A stretch of 64,000 nucleotides of DNA, taken from positions 9,224,254 to 9,288,253 of the forward strand of contig CM082583.2 of assembly GCA_040954595.2 (NCBI GenBank). Direction: 5' to 3'. The position numbers were made by a program, and so were the translations under genes. The stretch comes from Balanoglossus misakiensis. Its lineage: Eukaryota > Animalia > Hemichordata. The notes below the pieces were generated by a model. It did not search any database. It was given only the letters and a program-made list of their open reading frames with translations, and had not been told where the DNA came from. This document shows, in pieces, positions 12,501 through 24,900 of this stretch. Position 1 is the stretch's first letter. Every line of letters starts with the position of its first letter.

Positions 12501-15500
12501 ACCTGGAAGTGTCGATAATTATTTTATGGCCTGTTCCACTTTTTTCCCTAAGACAGGGTTTCCCACAAATGTCAGAAGTGTGAGACAAACGAACTTTCTG
12601 AAAGCCTATAAGCTTACTCTATCTATACAACATACATGTATATGGAACATTGCTGCCAAACATAGCGGGTTATGACATCAGCATACTTTTGAACCGGTTG
12701 ATTAAAGTTCGCTGTCGATTTCACCTTTGTGGCACTTGAAAAGCCTTTCCAGATTGGATGCAGGTTTTTCATGACGAATGCAAGCGTAACATAAACAAGC
12801 CATCGTTGATTTATATATAGCTTAACCTCGAGTTATTGAAAAGTGGAACTAGCCGGCGTTAACGATCCGCGGGGTCGATTTGCAACCCGAATCATTTTTT
12901 TCCTCTTTTGATACAAGAGGTGCATTAGGTGTAATTTCCGCGAGAAGTGCCTGATTTATTGAGCAGGGGGAGGCTGTCACACCGCCGTGAATTCTATTGG
13001 TACTTGACTCAATTTTATGCAACACGCCCTGACTAAAAAATCACACGGCTATGTGAGTTTTTTTCCAGCGAGTAATTACTTTAAAAGTGAATTCACCAAG
13101 TAGAATTTTTTTGTCAGAATTAGAAGTTGCCTTATCGATTGTATCAGCTACTATATGCAATACATTTGTCCGCTGAGAAACATCATTCGTTATCGGCGAT
13201 ACGTGTCGGCAGCGGTGGGGAATGTTCTTGATGAACAGTGCAGATTAGCAACACGAAATCAGAGTCCATCTGCAAATTCAACGCCGTTGCTATTATTCGC
13301 ACGTATTCCTTAATCACCAACTTGACGTTTCCCTAAGAAATGTCTCCAAATGGAGAAATCATTAACAGTTAAGTTTCTCCGCCGGCTGAGTGCCTTCCAT
13401 ACAAAACACAGCTGCCCGTATCACAACGCATTGTGTATCTTTAAATGCTTGAAATTGAGAGACATGCTTGCGCATCCCCGTGGTCTATTGAACATCGTCC
13501 CCTCTGTGGAACCGCCGATAATGTTCGCCCGGTGGCAACACAGAAGCATGCGCGAGCTGACTGCACAATTGTTAACACCTTGATTGCAGGATTTGATTCT
13601 CGAATTAAAGGCTTAAACTCACAAAGTCCTGACAATCTAATTGGATTAGAGATGTTAGAGGGCCTGTTCGTGAAAGTCAAACAACCGGTAACTGTATGCC
13701 TTTAAAAGGGAGTTGTTGTAAGTTTATGTCGTTCGTGGAAGTATGTGCGAGGCATACTCAAACTTCGTCGCCTGCTTAGTTCTCTTTCGGTACCACAATA
13801 CACTGCGCGCAACCCTTTCCCAGCAGACGACAGTTCACATTTTCAAACATGAAGGAAAATTGCGGATTTGGGGCAAGCCGCACTATATTATAACAAACCT
13901 GAAGAGAATCAGACCGTTGTGTATCGGAAATCATTTTTCTTTCTTTTCAACTTGTATACGCAGCATGCTTTGTTTGAAACGACTCCATTGCAATAAAATT
14001 CCACATCATTGTCGAATCCTTCGATATGAAAGCGTTAATTCGACTTAAACCAATTTAATGATTTCGTACAAATACACACGCGTACACGCTAGTGAATAGC
14101 ATGATGCCTGACTTGACAGCAAACCCCAATGCCTCGTTTCCCGTGAACTGACTAACAACAGAAATATTACCTGTCTTTGACTTCTATAATATACGTTTCG
14201 AACTAATTATTTCCCATTCACAGATTAAGCTACGTGAGACAAACACATACTTTGGTGTGACTTTTAGAACAAATTATCGCGAATCAACTCAAGTAACGTT
14301 CGTCCTCCTATTATTAAGTACCACATCACACAGACGGTGTTCCTGGCAACAAATATTCTTTCTATTGACACAGCACGATTTAAAATTGATGTTCCAACAA
14401 AATTGAGCGATCATTTCAGATATTCTTACGCACAACGTGATGCCAATTACCTTTGTTTGCTAGGACGAGAATTCGTCATGAAAGTCACTTCGGGACCCGG
14501 TCAGTGATTATCACAGCCCCTCCCACTATAGGTAAAATCACTCCCAATGTCATGTCAGTCACAATATGCAAGTTCGACCTCAGCCTATGGCTTATCTGCT
14601 GAACTATATCACGCATGATTAAACATGCGGTTGACAATGACATACATACTGTTCATACAAAAGTGTAATATGATTCCTGTTTTATCGGGTGATTACTGCG
14701 GTGTTCAGCGGAAGAAGGCAAACCACGGGCGTACAAATACACGTGGGTGAATGAGCGCGTGCATACACCAAGAAATGCGCGACGTTTTTGGTCGTTTACG
14801 CATGTGGTATTGTTCTGGGTTTCGCCAACCACCGCCCAATTTATGAGGATTATTGCAGCTGATAGGTGTCACCCAATAAAACAGCGACACGCCTGTACTG
14901 AGACAGACTTCTCAGTCGAATGTCCTTACCGAGGGGGAAGGGTGGCATGCATGTTCTATTCCTGGCGCGAGGATCACAAATGATCCAACTTTCTTCTCAT
15001 ATACGCGCACGTCTCTGTTTATCCCTGGAATTACTTCCCGCGTTGAATGAGTTCTGTCGATCTCGTTTTCCGGAGTTGAGTACTCGTACCGGCGCCGTGA
15101 TATTTCCTGTATCTTAGCCCCGCGGGTATATGAATATAAACGGATCGTTCGGGGAAATAGAATGTATTTGCAATTCATAGGGGGGGGGGGCATAACTAGT
15201 TTTCCAAGTACCTGCGACACAATATTCTTGTGACACAGAAACGGAACACCAAAAATGCGAAGAAAACACTTCTTCGCCACAAGAGGGGCCATTTTCATTC
15301 TGTGGCCATTATGAGGAGTCGAAATCGCCAGTAAGTTTTGTTTCCTAAAATACCTATAGTTAAATAACTATTTGACAATCCACCGTGCCTCTCCCTTATG
15401 TTGGATTGTTGACAGACATTACCCTGGAATCTGTGTTTGAGGACGGTTTGACGAGAAAACAGAGACTGAGAGTAAACGCTCACGATAATGGGTCGACAGA

Positions 15501-15587
15501 TTTGCTCGCTCTGGGCGAAAGGAATAGTCGAGATTCGATATCGTGATATTGCTCAATCAACATTTGCCATCAAGGGTTCCCCCCCCC

Positions 15588-15633
<46 letters not shown>
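15588..15633. repeat. (CT)n dinucleotide microsatellite preceded by a C run
   Basis: Seen directly. Confidence 0.95.
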
Positions 15634-15635
<2 letters not shown>

Positions 15636-16100
15636 TCCAATGACTAGAGATTGAGGTGCTTCTATCATATCGAGGTCAGCGAGCTTGACGTGGGCGCCTG
15701 CTATATCTATCACTCGCACCAGCGGTGACCGCACCAGTTATTGATAATGGATCGCGACCCCAATGCGCTCTGCTGCTATAAACTACCTGCCTGTTCAATG
15801 CGGCGGCGCCCATTCAAGGCATGGACGTGTCGTCCCTGCGTCCAAAGTTCAGAAGACAATCGTAAAAGAAATAATGCGTTTTGTTCGTAACGGGCGGACG
15901 AGAAAAAATACCAGAATATAAAACGCGTCTCATATTTAACGATGGCAGACTGCGCAATGTTAGCGACAAACAGGGTATACACCACCCTTTCACACACCCC
16001 ACAGATATACTATAATTGGGATCCCCAATTATGTGATGACATATCACCCATCCCATATCATGGGTGTTACTTTCTATTGTAGTAAATATATTGCATTTAC

Positions 16101-16504
16101 CTATAGTCGTCAGGATCGTGATGCAGAAGAAGCACCCGGATGTCCAGTCCCACTTCAGCCTCTCTGGTGTCGAAGCCACGGAGCTGATGTTGCTGACGTA
16201 GTACTCCACAAGACTGGCCACGTCTAACTTGGTGAGGTTGTCCATTCCCGACTCCTCCAGCAGGTACGACAAGTTCCCGTAGAAGGCCTCCTTGGCCTGG
16301 CTGAGGGCGTCTTCGTCGGCCTGTTCCTCCCGCCGCTGGTTCTCGTCTTCCAGCGCCACGAACACCCAGGCGCCGCCGACCACGTAGGCCACCACCAGGA
16401 TGGTCAGCACCAGGAATTTGCACTTCAGTCCGAAGCGGCACCGGCAGTTCTTCTTCGTGCCCTCGTCCATCTCCAGGGGTCTCCGTCCGTTCCGGTAAAG
16501 TGAC
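16101..16504 (-). CDS. Two-pore-domain potassium channel (K2P/KCNK family), exon encoding TM1, extracellular cap and pore helix P1; gene partial
   Basis: The translation has the K2P TM1 motif Y-VVGGAWVFVALE and pore segment WDWTSGCFFCITILTTIG. It ends at a phase-1 donor ATA G|GTAAAT inside the TTIG|YG filter, a common K2P intron position. Acceptor catcaacag|G at 16505/16504; in-frame ATG at 16470; strongly GC3-biased codons. Subfamily not assignable. Confidence 0.93.
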
Positions 16505-19498
16505 CTGTTGATGTGGGGGGAGATATTTTGTTTTAGTTGTCAGAGACCGTCACTGTTGTCGACGACAAATACTACGGGTTACTGTAGAGTAAAATTAGAC
16601 GACGGGCTCCGCCGCTTGATTCGCGCGACACGGTGTATTTCTATACGATACTCGCGTGGTGCGTATACATGTACATATGCTACAACTGCAATCCGTCATC
16701 CGATCAGCGCGGAGCGAGCACGGAAGAAGCTATCATAGTCACTGCATTAAATCTGACTTTCATATTTCTGACACAGGGCGCTGCTCTATCGGCGTGTGGC
16801 ATCAGTGAGTCCGTTCGTTACTCGGAAAGATAACTTCTGCGCTGTTCATTATATATCCGATGTTTGTTATTATCCCCGACCAATCGCTGCCTACCGCGCT
16901 CGAGCCCGGTGAAACGCACATGACAAGTCGGCGCAAGCCAACAACGGAACAGTTAGGAATCGTCCCCACCCACTCCATTCACAAATCTTTGTGTTCTCGT
17001 TGTCGTGGTAACAGGCTAACGGCGCGACTGCGAAACAGCACACCACTCCCCCCGAAGCCAATGGTACGGCCCAAACGATTTGTTTTACAAAACGAAGATT
17101 CACACGATGGCTTTACACGCACACTCACAAAAAATGAAATGCACTGACGTTAGCTCCACGTTCAATTGTGAACTAACAATTGAGAACAAAACTTCTATTT
17201 TCAATGGCAAATGACCCTTTGCGATATTCTTAGCTCCCGGATAATGCAATAATTCGATTATTTTTTTTCTGACACAGCTGTGAAGAAAGAAGTAAAGGCA
17301 AAGGGCGGTGTTACTTACTGGGCGAGCGCTTGTGGCAGCAGGTCGCATAAAGTACGTGGGGGTGTCAAATGAAGCTAATGAAAAATATATTAACACTTCG
17401 TGACGGTGGCCACCGTCATCTAAATGACAATAGTTAACATCTTGGCCTTCTTATCTATCGTTCGTAATATGACTAATGGATTCCATTCGGGACGCAGAAC
17501 ATATTACAACCAACCTAATTGTTATTAATGACAGCACCCGAGCCGTAAAAAGCCGAGCGGTTTATGAAACAATTTCTCTAGTTATTGACGAGTCATCAGC
17601 GCTTTGCTTTTGACTAATGTGGGTTATTGCTATCGAATGCCAGTAAATTATCAGATAAAGTTTGAATTATTCATGTCGGAAGATATCTTTCCGCCTCCAA
17701 CTTAGATATTTTTGATTAAAGTATAAAATATACAAAAGAAGATGTTAGCGCCACACTGGTGGTGTCGTTTCATATTACTTTCATGATTTTTATCGCGTAC
17801 GGTTGTTGTATTCATTATGGGACGTGTCCACATACACCGCTTGTACTCCTACCCTTCCCCCTCTCTCTCTTCTCTCTTCTCTCTCATATGTATACACATA
17901 CATTTTAAATATGACCAATTTTCATGTCTTGCGTGAGCTTTGTCAGTGTCCACTTTTGTATAACAAGGCGAAAACGTGAAGTAATAGCAGTAAACAAGGA
18001 CGATAACAACTGTATGATATGTTACAACAAGGACATAGAACTTAAAGGCGGCTGAGCATTTGTACATTTTTACAAGGATGACACTGCGTACAACGAACCG
18101 ATGTTTACTATTTCTTATGGTGTCACAATTTGACACGCCCAATGAAAGGCCGTACAGCTAAGTGGTCGACATGTAATGACACACAGCGTATATCTTTCAA
18201 AACTTATTGTCAAGTGGCATTGAGTGTAAAATTAGATGATATGCTAGAGGAGAGAAACAACAATGATTTTGCCGTTGCCAAGGTTATCACAATACGCGTC
18301 CAATTTCTGTGCGCAATTGTACGCTGACTGAAACAATTCACATTTTGATGCCCGCGGGTAAAATAGCACTGCGAGTTTGCATTTCATCGTCTGGCATTCA
18401 ATGATTCCACATTTCTAGGGTTTATTTCAAGGCACAACATGATGATACCATGATAACACGGAACAGCATTTCTCACATTCATTGCGGCGGCAAAGTGAAC
18501 ATGTGAGGATCGCCCGGCCGTTGAACGCATGGTGCATCCCCGTCCCAAACGATTACCTCTAATAAGACGGTTCCTCACAACCGTGAGGTGACGCATTATT
18601 TTCGCGTGGGCCCCAGTAAAATTTCTGAATGGAAAGATCTCCATTGTCGCTGTTAAACGTCTTGGTAGTTTTTTCTCTCTCTCCGGGTGATTGGATACCT
18701 TTAAGAGGGGACTTAAACGGTATGTGCTTGGCATTAATATTTCTAATTATCTGCAACCCAATCCTTCATGCTGTAGCTGCTCTGCCGAATTGTTGCAAAG
18801 AAACTTTTAAAAAATTATGAAGAATATTCGAGAAACAGTATCGCGGATACATATCATGACATTTCGACTAAGAAGAATTTGACCCGAGACGATCTATTCA
18901 ATGATTGAGATATTTCAGAGAGCAACTCAGTCGTTTTAGAATGGGGTCGTACGAAGTTAATTTTTATCGTCCACAATATCCCTTACAGCACTGGCAATCT
19001 CAGAGAGAGAGAGAACATTTAATGTCCATTTTATTGCTTAATGAAAGATTGCCTTGTTAAGTAAACGATTGGATCGGATCTTATTTTGTTCTCGGATGTG
19101 CATCTCCAGCTTGGAAACATCGATGTCATCATTGAATGCGTGGGGGTATTAACTTCCTGCGCTAAAGATAGACGACCACTATATAACAGACTCCAGCAGT
19201 GGCCCTCGTCCAGTTCTATTACTGATCTTCTTGACTTGATGTTGCATTTACCACAGCCCCCACGCGATTTCGAACTACAGGTGGCCTGACAAATCGTGGT
19301 CTCGTCCACAAAGGGACTATGGAATATTTTAAATGCCGCTTTCCGTTGATTCTCGAATGTGAATGGTGCCTTTCCTTTGGAAATCCCTGATATATTAATA
19401 CTCTTAATTTATGTTATGAACCGTATACGGTATTTATCGAATATAAAAAGTAGACGGTAAAACTTTTAATGTCTATATGCATAAAGACCAGACTATAC

Positions 19499-19740
19499 CT
19501 CTGTTTCTCTTCGCTCTCCGTGCCACTGTCGCCATCTTTGATTTCTGTCTGTCCCACTGTGTCTGTCTCTGTTTGTCCGCCTTTGTCTGTCTCTGTCTGT
19601 TCGCCTTTGTCTGTCTCTGTCTGTTCGCTAGTTTTTTCATCATCTCTGTCAATGTCCGACCCCTTGTTAATCTGTCCACCTCCCTCAATGTCCACCTCCG
19701 TCTCCTTCAGTTGGTCGTCGGTCCCTTTGTCGCCTTCCAT
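19499..19740 (-). CDS. Probable first coding exon of the K2P channel (acidic N-terminal extension with 8-aa repeats)
   Basis: ATG at 19740 (MEGDKG...). Donor CAG AG|GTATAG at 19499/19498 is phase 2 and joins the 16504 acceptor in frame (..EKQR-SLYRNGRRPLEMDEG..). A TATA box lies about 55 bp upstream. The link to the channel is inferred from phase only. Confidence 0.65.
19531..19629 (-). repeat. 24-bp coding tandem repeat x4 (EQTETDKG / EQTETDKG / GQTETDTV / GQTEIKDG)
   Basis: Visible in both the DNA and the translation of ORF 19414..19782. Confidence 0.85.
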
Positions 19741-19793
19741 GATTCCCGTCTCTGCTACTCGTTGCGTTATGGCCTCTGTCACTTGTTGGGGCC

Positions 19794-19801
19794 TTTATAT
19801 A
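19794..19801 (-). promoter_or_regulatory. Candidate TATA box (TATATAAA) upstream of the 19740 ATG
   Basis: Minus strand reads gtaTATATAAAggcccc, about 55 nt upstream of the ATG. Confidence 0.5.
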
Positions 19802-21855
19802 TACACATTGTGCGTGCTAGAGCGACTAGAAACCACCCCCTAGCTGACTAACTCCTAGATCCAGTACCCCGGCTGTGATAATCATCCTAAAAACGTCCCA
19901 TGAATGTCGCTCGGTGTCATGAAAAGCGCGCATATGTGCAGGCATGTACAGCGCGCTTCGCTCGCAGATGTACGACATGCAGCTGGCGATGGAAAGAAGT
20001 CAAATTTAATGATTTGTTTTTAACCTACGTGACTCGGCCACAATCCTGCCACTTTTTGTCATTGGCGTGACTTTATTTGGCCGGCCAACAGAAGCCGGGT
20101 GCATACTACAGATGTTTTAGACCGGTCTTACACGCTGGATTACCCGGTGGTGATGTTTAGTGGGATAGTTGCTGCATGACCTACTTTGAATAGGTCATGA
20201 AGCGAACGGTGATACACAAAGACGTGGCTTGTTGAAAACATACGTTAGGGGATGTACAGGTGTACTCGTCCAGGGTTTCTCGTTTTCCCGGTAAAAATAA
20301 GTATCGTACCAGTGCAAAAAAGTTGGCTGTTTGTTCCTGTTCTAGCCAAGGACATATCTAATTACAGGGCTTGGGTGACGTCACATATGCATGGATGACA
20401 CATCATACTGGCACCTGCGATTGTTCGCCCAGAACCTGTTTGATTCAACAACATGTATCGAGTCTGCGGAGAAAGGAAGTCGTTTCCTACGAGTGCCTTA
20501 GGATTCAGCCTGAGTGATTCAATAGAGTCGAAATGCCCCGATGGAATCCCGACTGTTGAGTAAAGATCACAGGTTTCACCTGTTAAACTAATTAAAGTCT
20601 CGGTCCCTACGGATGCGCATTCATTAATCAAAAAGAAATCGTTTAATCCCCCTGACCTCCGCCGGTATCGGAGGAAGTAAGCTATGACATCTCCAAAACA
20701 ATTTTCCTGTAAATTAACAGGATCAGTGGTATTTACTTTTAAGAGTGTCCTGTCCATCACAGCAATGTCACTAAGCATTTTTTGAAGTATGTGGGACGTT
20801 GGCGGAATAAATTAAAAGTGTTCTAATCCCCGGAAAGACTGTCAGATTATTCGGACTTTTTTCCCCTCAGCTGTGTACATAAATCTTCAAATCGTATCCT
20901 CGAGAAAGTTTTCAAAACATGAAGGGAAAATTAAAGGCGGATCAAGATTCAAAAAGGGGGAAACGATTGATCGAAGTCGGATTGGTATCAGACACGGCCG
21001 ATGATCGGTCCCTGTCTCTGGCAATTCTTGGTCAGGTTTGAAAAAAGTGTTTGTTGGTGAAACGGTATGTCTACATTCACTGAGCATGCGCATCATGTCC
21101 ATTCTGACAAACACGGGGTACCAGCGCCGCACCTGTCAGGCAATAACACCTTCAGATTGCAGGTAGCCGCACAAAGTTTAGAATCGATTATTTATTCATA
21201 GGCCTATGATGTCGCCTTGTCCTGATTTTGGGGGTGACATGGCACAGATCCGATGCGTACCGAACGACAGGGTTGGGGTCACAAAACATGGCCGCCGCCT
21301 TTGCCGTGGCACACTCGGCCGACGCCACATGCAGATATGGCAGATTTGAAGACGGCTCTGCGACATGCATAAGCCATCGAATAAGATGTGCAAACATATG
21401 CAAATTTATGCACTGGGTGAGTTCCCTGACGACAACGCGAAATTCACCGTGCATGAATAGTTCCATACATCTGCATGACCTATTTTTGTGTCGAAGAGAA
21501 ACATATATAAGAAGTACGACAAATCAGATAGATAACGGCCGGCTAATCTTGATTAGGCCTAAATTTGAAGCAAACTCCGTTTTCCCTTCTGATCTGCAGC
21601 ACTGTTTGCTGTTGGATTGAGTCAAAGCCCCTGATGGTTCTAACAGTGCGGTATTCTGAGACCAAAAACAACCAGCATGTCTACTCATTAAATAAACAAC
21701 AAGCAATAATGCCGTCATCAGTTGAAACGTGAGTGCATGGTAGTCTTGCGTCATACAAGACCGTCACGTAGCTGCTGTTTCGCAGCCGATGAGGCAACAA
21801 TTTATTTTCATCGAGAGATGACTCAACCTTTTCAACTGGTTTACAGATTCCAATG

Positions 21856-21934
21856 CAATTAGACTAAACCGCTCGAGTAAGAAATGTTTATTTTCAATTA
21901 GACTAAACCGCTCGAGTAAGAAATGTTTATTTTC
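21856..21934. repeat. Exact 39-bp tandem duplication
   Basis: caattagactaaaccgctcgagtaagaaatgtttatttt occurs twice head-to-tail. Confidence 0.92.
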
Positions 21935-24900
21935 CATTAAACTCTTGCAATGTTTCCTAGGTATACTTTAAAGTTTTTCCCGTCTGCTAACACCGGCCCC
22001 TGTTTGATTCCAATCCAGGGTTGCGCATAATCACACAGTCCCGAGGTAAATAAGGGCAATGAACTCGACAGGGATATAAGGAACCTACTAGATTTCATAT
22101 AAATACAAGGTACAGCATGAAACATTCATTAAACGCTGCAACCCGAGCCAGATCGTGCACTACGAACAGAAATGTGGGGATTCTATTTATCTGGAAGGTC
22201 ATCGATACATCATGTGTATGCGGTGATTGCCTTTGGACACCGAGTGAGTCAGAATGTATGAATGTATTACTATAATTCACATGAGGTTATTTTTCAAAGA
22301 GGATAGTGCAAAGTACACCTGAGTAAGGTGGTAGTGAAAATGTAAGGCGAGCCAGTTCCCTGGCGCGCATGCTCGGGATTTTACACGCGCAAATACTGAG
22401 TCTACGCAGACACTTTCACATTTACTCTTCTCAGTGACATGAAACAACAGGTTATAGTATAACTTTGTAACAAGTTGACGGAAATCTCTCACAAATGTAT
22501 GGGAATATGCGTTCGTTGATGGATTGATTGATTGGCGCCTATACCCGTGGCGTTTGAGCTCGTGAAATTGTACAAAGTACGTTGTGCCACCTGACGATGG
22601 GTGCCAGCACATGCGCACGCTGGGCGACTCTTCCCTTCTACAAGTCTTTTCTGGGTGTGTGGACTGCTTTAGTTCAGACTTCACGTATTAATGGATGTCC
22701 ATGCCATCCCGCCTACCCTTGTACATATATCAAGTTTTAATGGAGTCTCTTTAATATTACCGAGACTAATTAAATAGATGAACGATCCCGTAATGAAATT
22801 ATTAGTCTCCCGGCTTCAGAGTGACACCTTCATATAAATTTTCGGCCTGAGATTGATCTCATCGATTACCAACGTGAGCCATTTTCAAGACATGACTTGC
22901 CCACGGCAGCTGAGCTGGGTGAGAGTCCTGTCTGGAATTTGTTCGAAGTCAACATCCGCTGGAATTCTTCGACGACGCAACATAACGCAACGAATTGTTA
23001 CTTTTAATTTGCGCTCGCTGTGAGTGCGAGGCTAACATCTGTGGGTCAAAATACTGACCATGTACGTTCGAATTCTTGAGTCAAAGGCTGAAATGAGTCA
23101 GCTGGCTATATTAACAGCATATATTGGCACGCATTACGTAACGCGCAGTTTAGAGTGATAATGATGTTATATAATATAAAAAAACAAGAGTGCGAATGAT
23201 AATTCTACACTTTATCCCCGAAACAAAATCAACTTCATTGAACCTTCGTGTTTTACAAGGAATCTGATTATGGAATATGCATTAATATGGAGGAGAGCGT
23301 TGAAGGTATACGAGGCAAGTGGATATAATGTTTTGCAACGCTGATAATAATCGTTGAAATAATTTTTGATTTTGTCATATTAAATACGTATATCATAACA
23401 AAAAGTTTGTTTTGATACTTTCAAGCCATTTAACAATTGATCTACAAAATTTCTCATTTCCGATGAAGTTCCCGCGTAGAAAATCAATCGTCCCGGACGC
23501 ACATATTGCAGTACAACAACGCCACTACAGTACATAGTGTCTGCAGCGACCGTGTCCAAACGCACGGATCTGAATACTCCGGGTGACGTCATCATGTGGC
23601 TGGGGACATGCCCCTATGGACTGCAGATGCAATAACTTTTAATGCAAACATGGTAATTATATCCCCAAAGATAAGTGCATGTGATCCAATTATTTGTTAT
23701 TGTTTGAGAACACAGCGGCGGGAATAGATCGTGATTAAATTTGTCGAATTTTCCTCTCGGCCAAAGCAGAAAAACAAAACACAGTGCGCATTCCCGAGTT
23801 GAGCTTGGCAAGAAATATGCTTTGATATGTTATGATATATGACCGATCGGAAAGCGTCGAATTTACGAAAGTTAACTATATTATTGCGTTTTGTGACGTC
23901 CATTTTTGAGTGATGCATCATTTCTCTGACCCGCTGTAGTGGATGACCCTTCCGATTTAATGAAGACACGTATTAAGGTTTTATTTTGTCGAACATCTCC
24001 CCATTGGGATTTTCTTATTGCAAAAAAAATTCTGTGCAGGAAGAAGTACTAGGCATGTTCATGAAAAGGCCTCTGGCGGTCTATGTCCTTGGAGTACACC
24101 ATCTGGAATTACAGGAACGGTGCTTCTCCTTGAGGAAAACACAGGAAATCCGAGCGGCCAGGGGCACTTAATTTCACGAACAACGATTTACGTGATCGTG
24201 CTGGCAAGAAAACCACTTGTTTTGATACGCTATCCGTGTCAATGATCATGGGAGCGTAGTTTAGCATTAATCGATCATGCACACGTTTTCTGCTCCCGTG
24301 TTCACGAAGCGGTGAAGATATCCGGCAAAGAGGGATAAAAATTGTGAGAGATTACTTCGCGTAAGTTCATTAAACGTGCTCGATAGTGCCAAACCGACGT
24401 AACTTGCTACAAATAGTGTGACTCACAATGCTGTGGTTACCTTGAAATACCAAGAACAGTAACGTCACAATTCATTTGCACAGTTCTGATTTTTTGTTTT
24501 CAAAACACGGGGGCATCTTCAAGTCAAATCTGATCTAGTAATGCGTGACTGAGAATGCGTATACTTTTAACATAAACGGAACCTTCCGTGGAATATAGGG
24601 CGAACAGTGCCCTCGGGCCTTGGTCGAGGTAATCTGTTACACACGTAAAAGCAGTTACAACTATATTGCTTTTGAAGTAAATGTGTACAAGCTATCCTGA
24701 AAGTTACTCAAGTGATTTGAAGATGAACAAGTGCTTGATATCCCTACATAAAGCTCCGTAATAACACTTCTTCTTTTTCTGATGAGGCAGGAATGACATA
24801 CAAGCCCCCCTGGCTACAAGTATCTCAATCGATTTGTGCACGTAAGCACAGTTCAGGTTATTGTATCTGTCAACACTCGATATGAAATCTCTCTGTCTTC

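Noticed and set aside
15814-16100. C-terminal part of ORF 15814..16470 (KCNIFTT...)
   Set aside because: Read-through into the intron past the donor at 16100; K2P similarity stops at TTIG.
19469-19851. Plus-strand hydrophobic/Cys-rich ORFs (SVSVC.., CLCLFAFV..)
   Set aside because: Antisense readings of the 24-bp repeat exon; the minus strand has the TATA box, ATG and donor.
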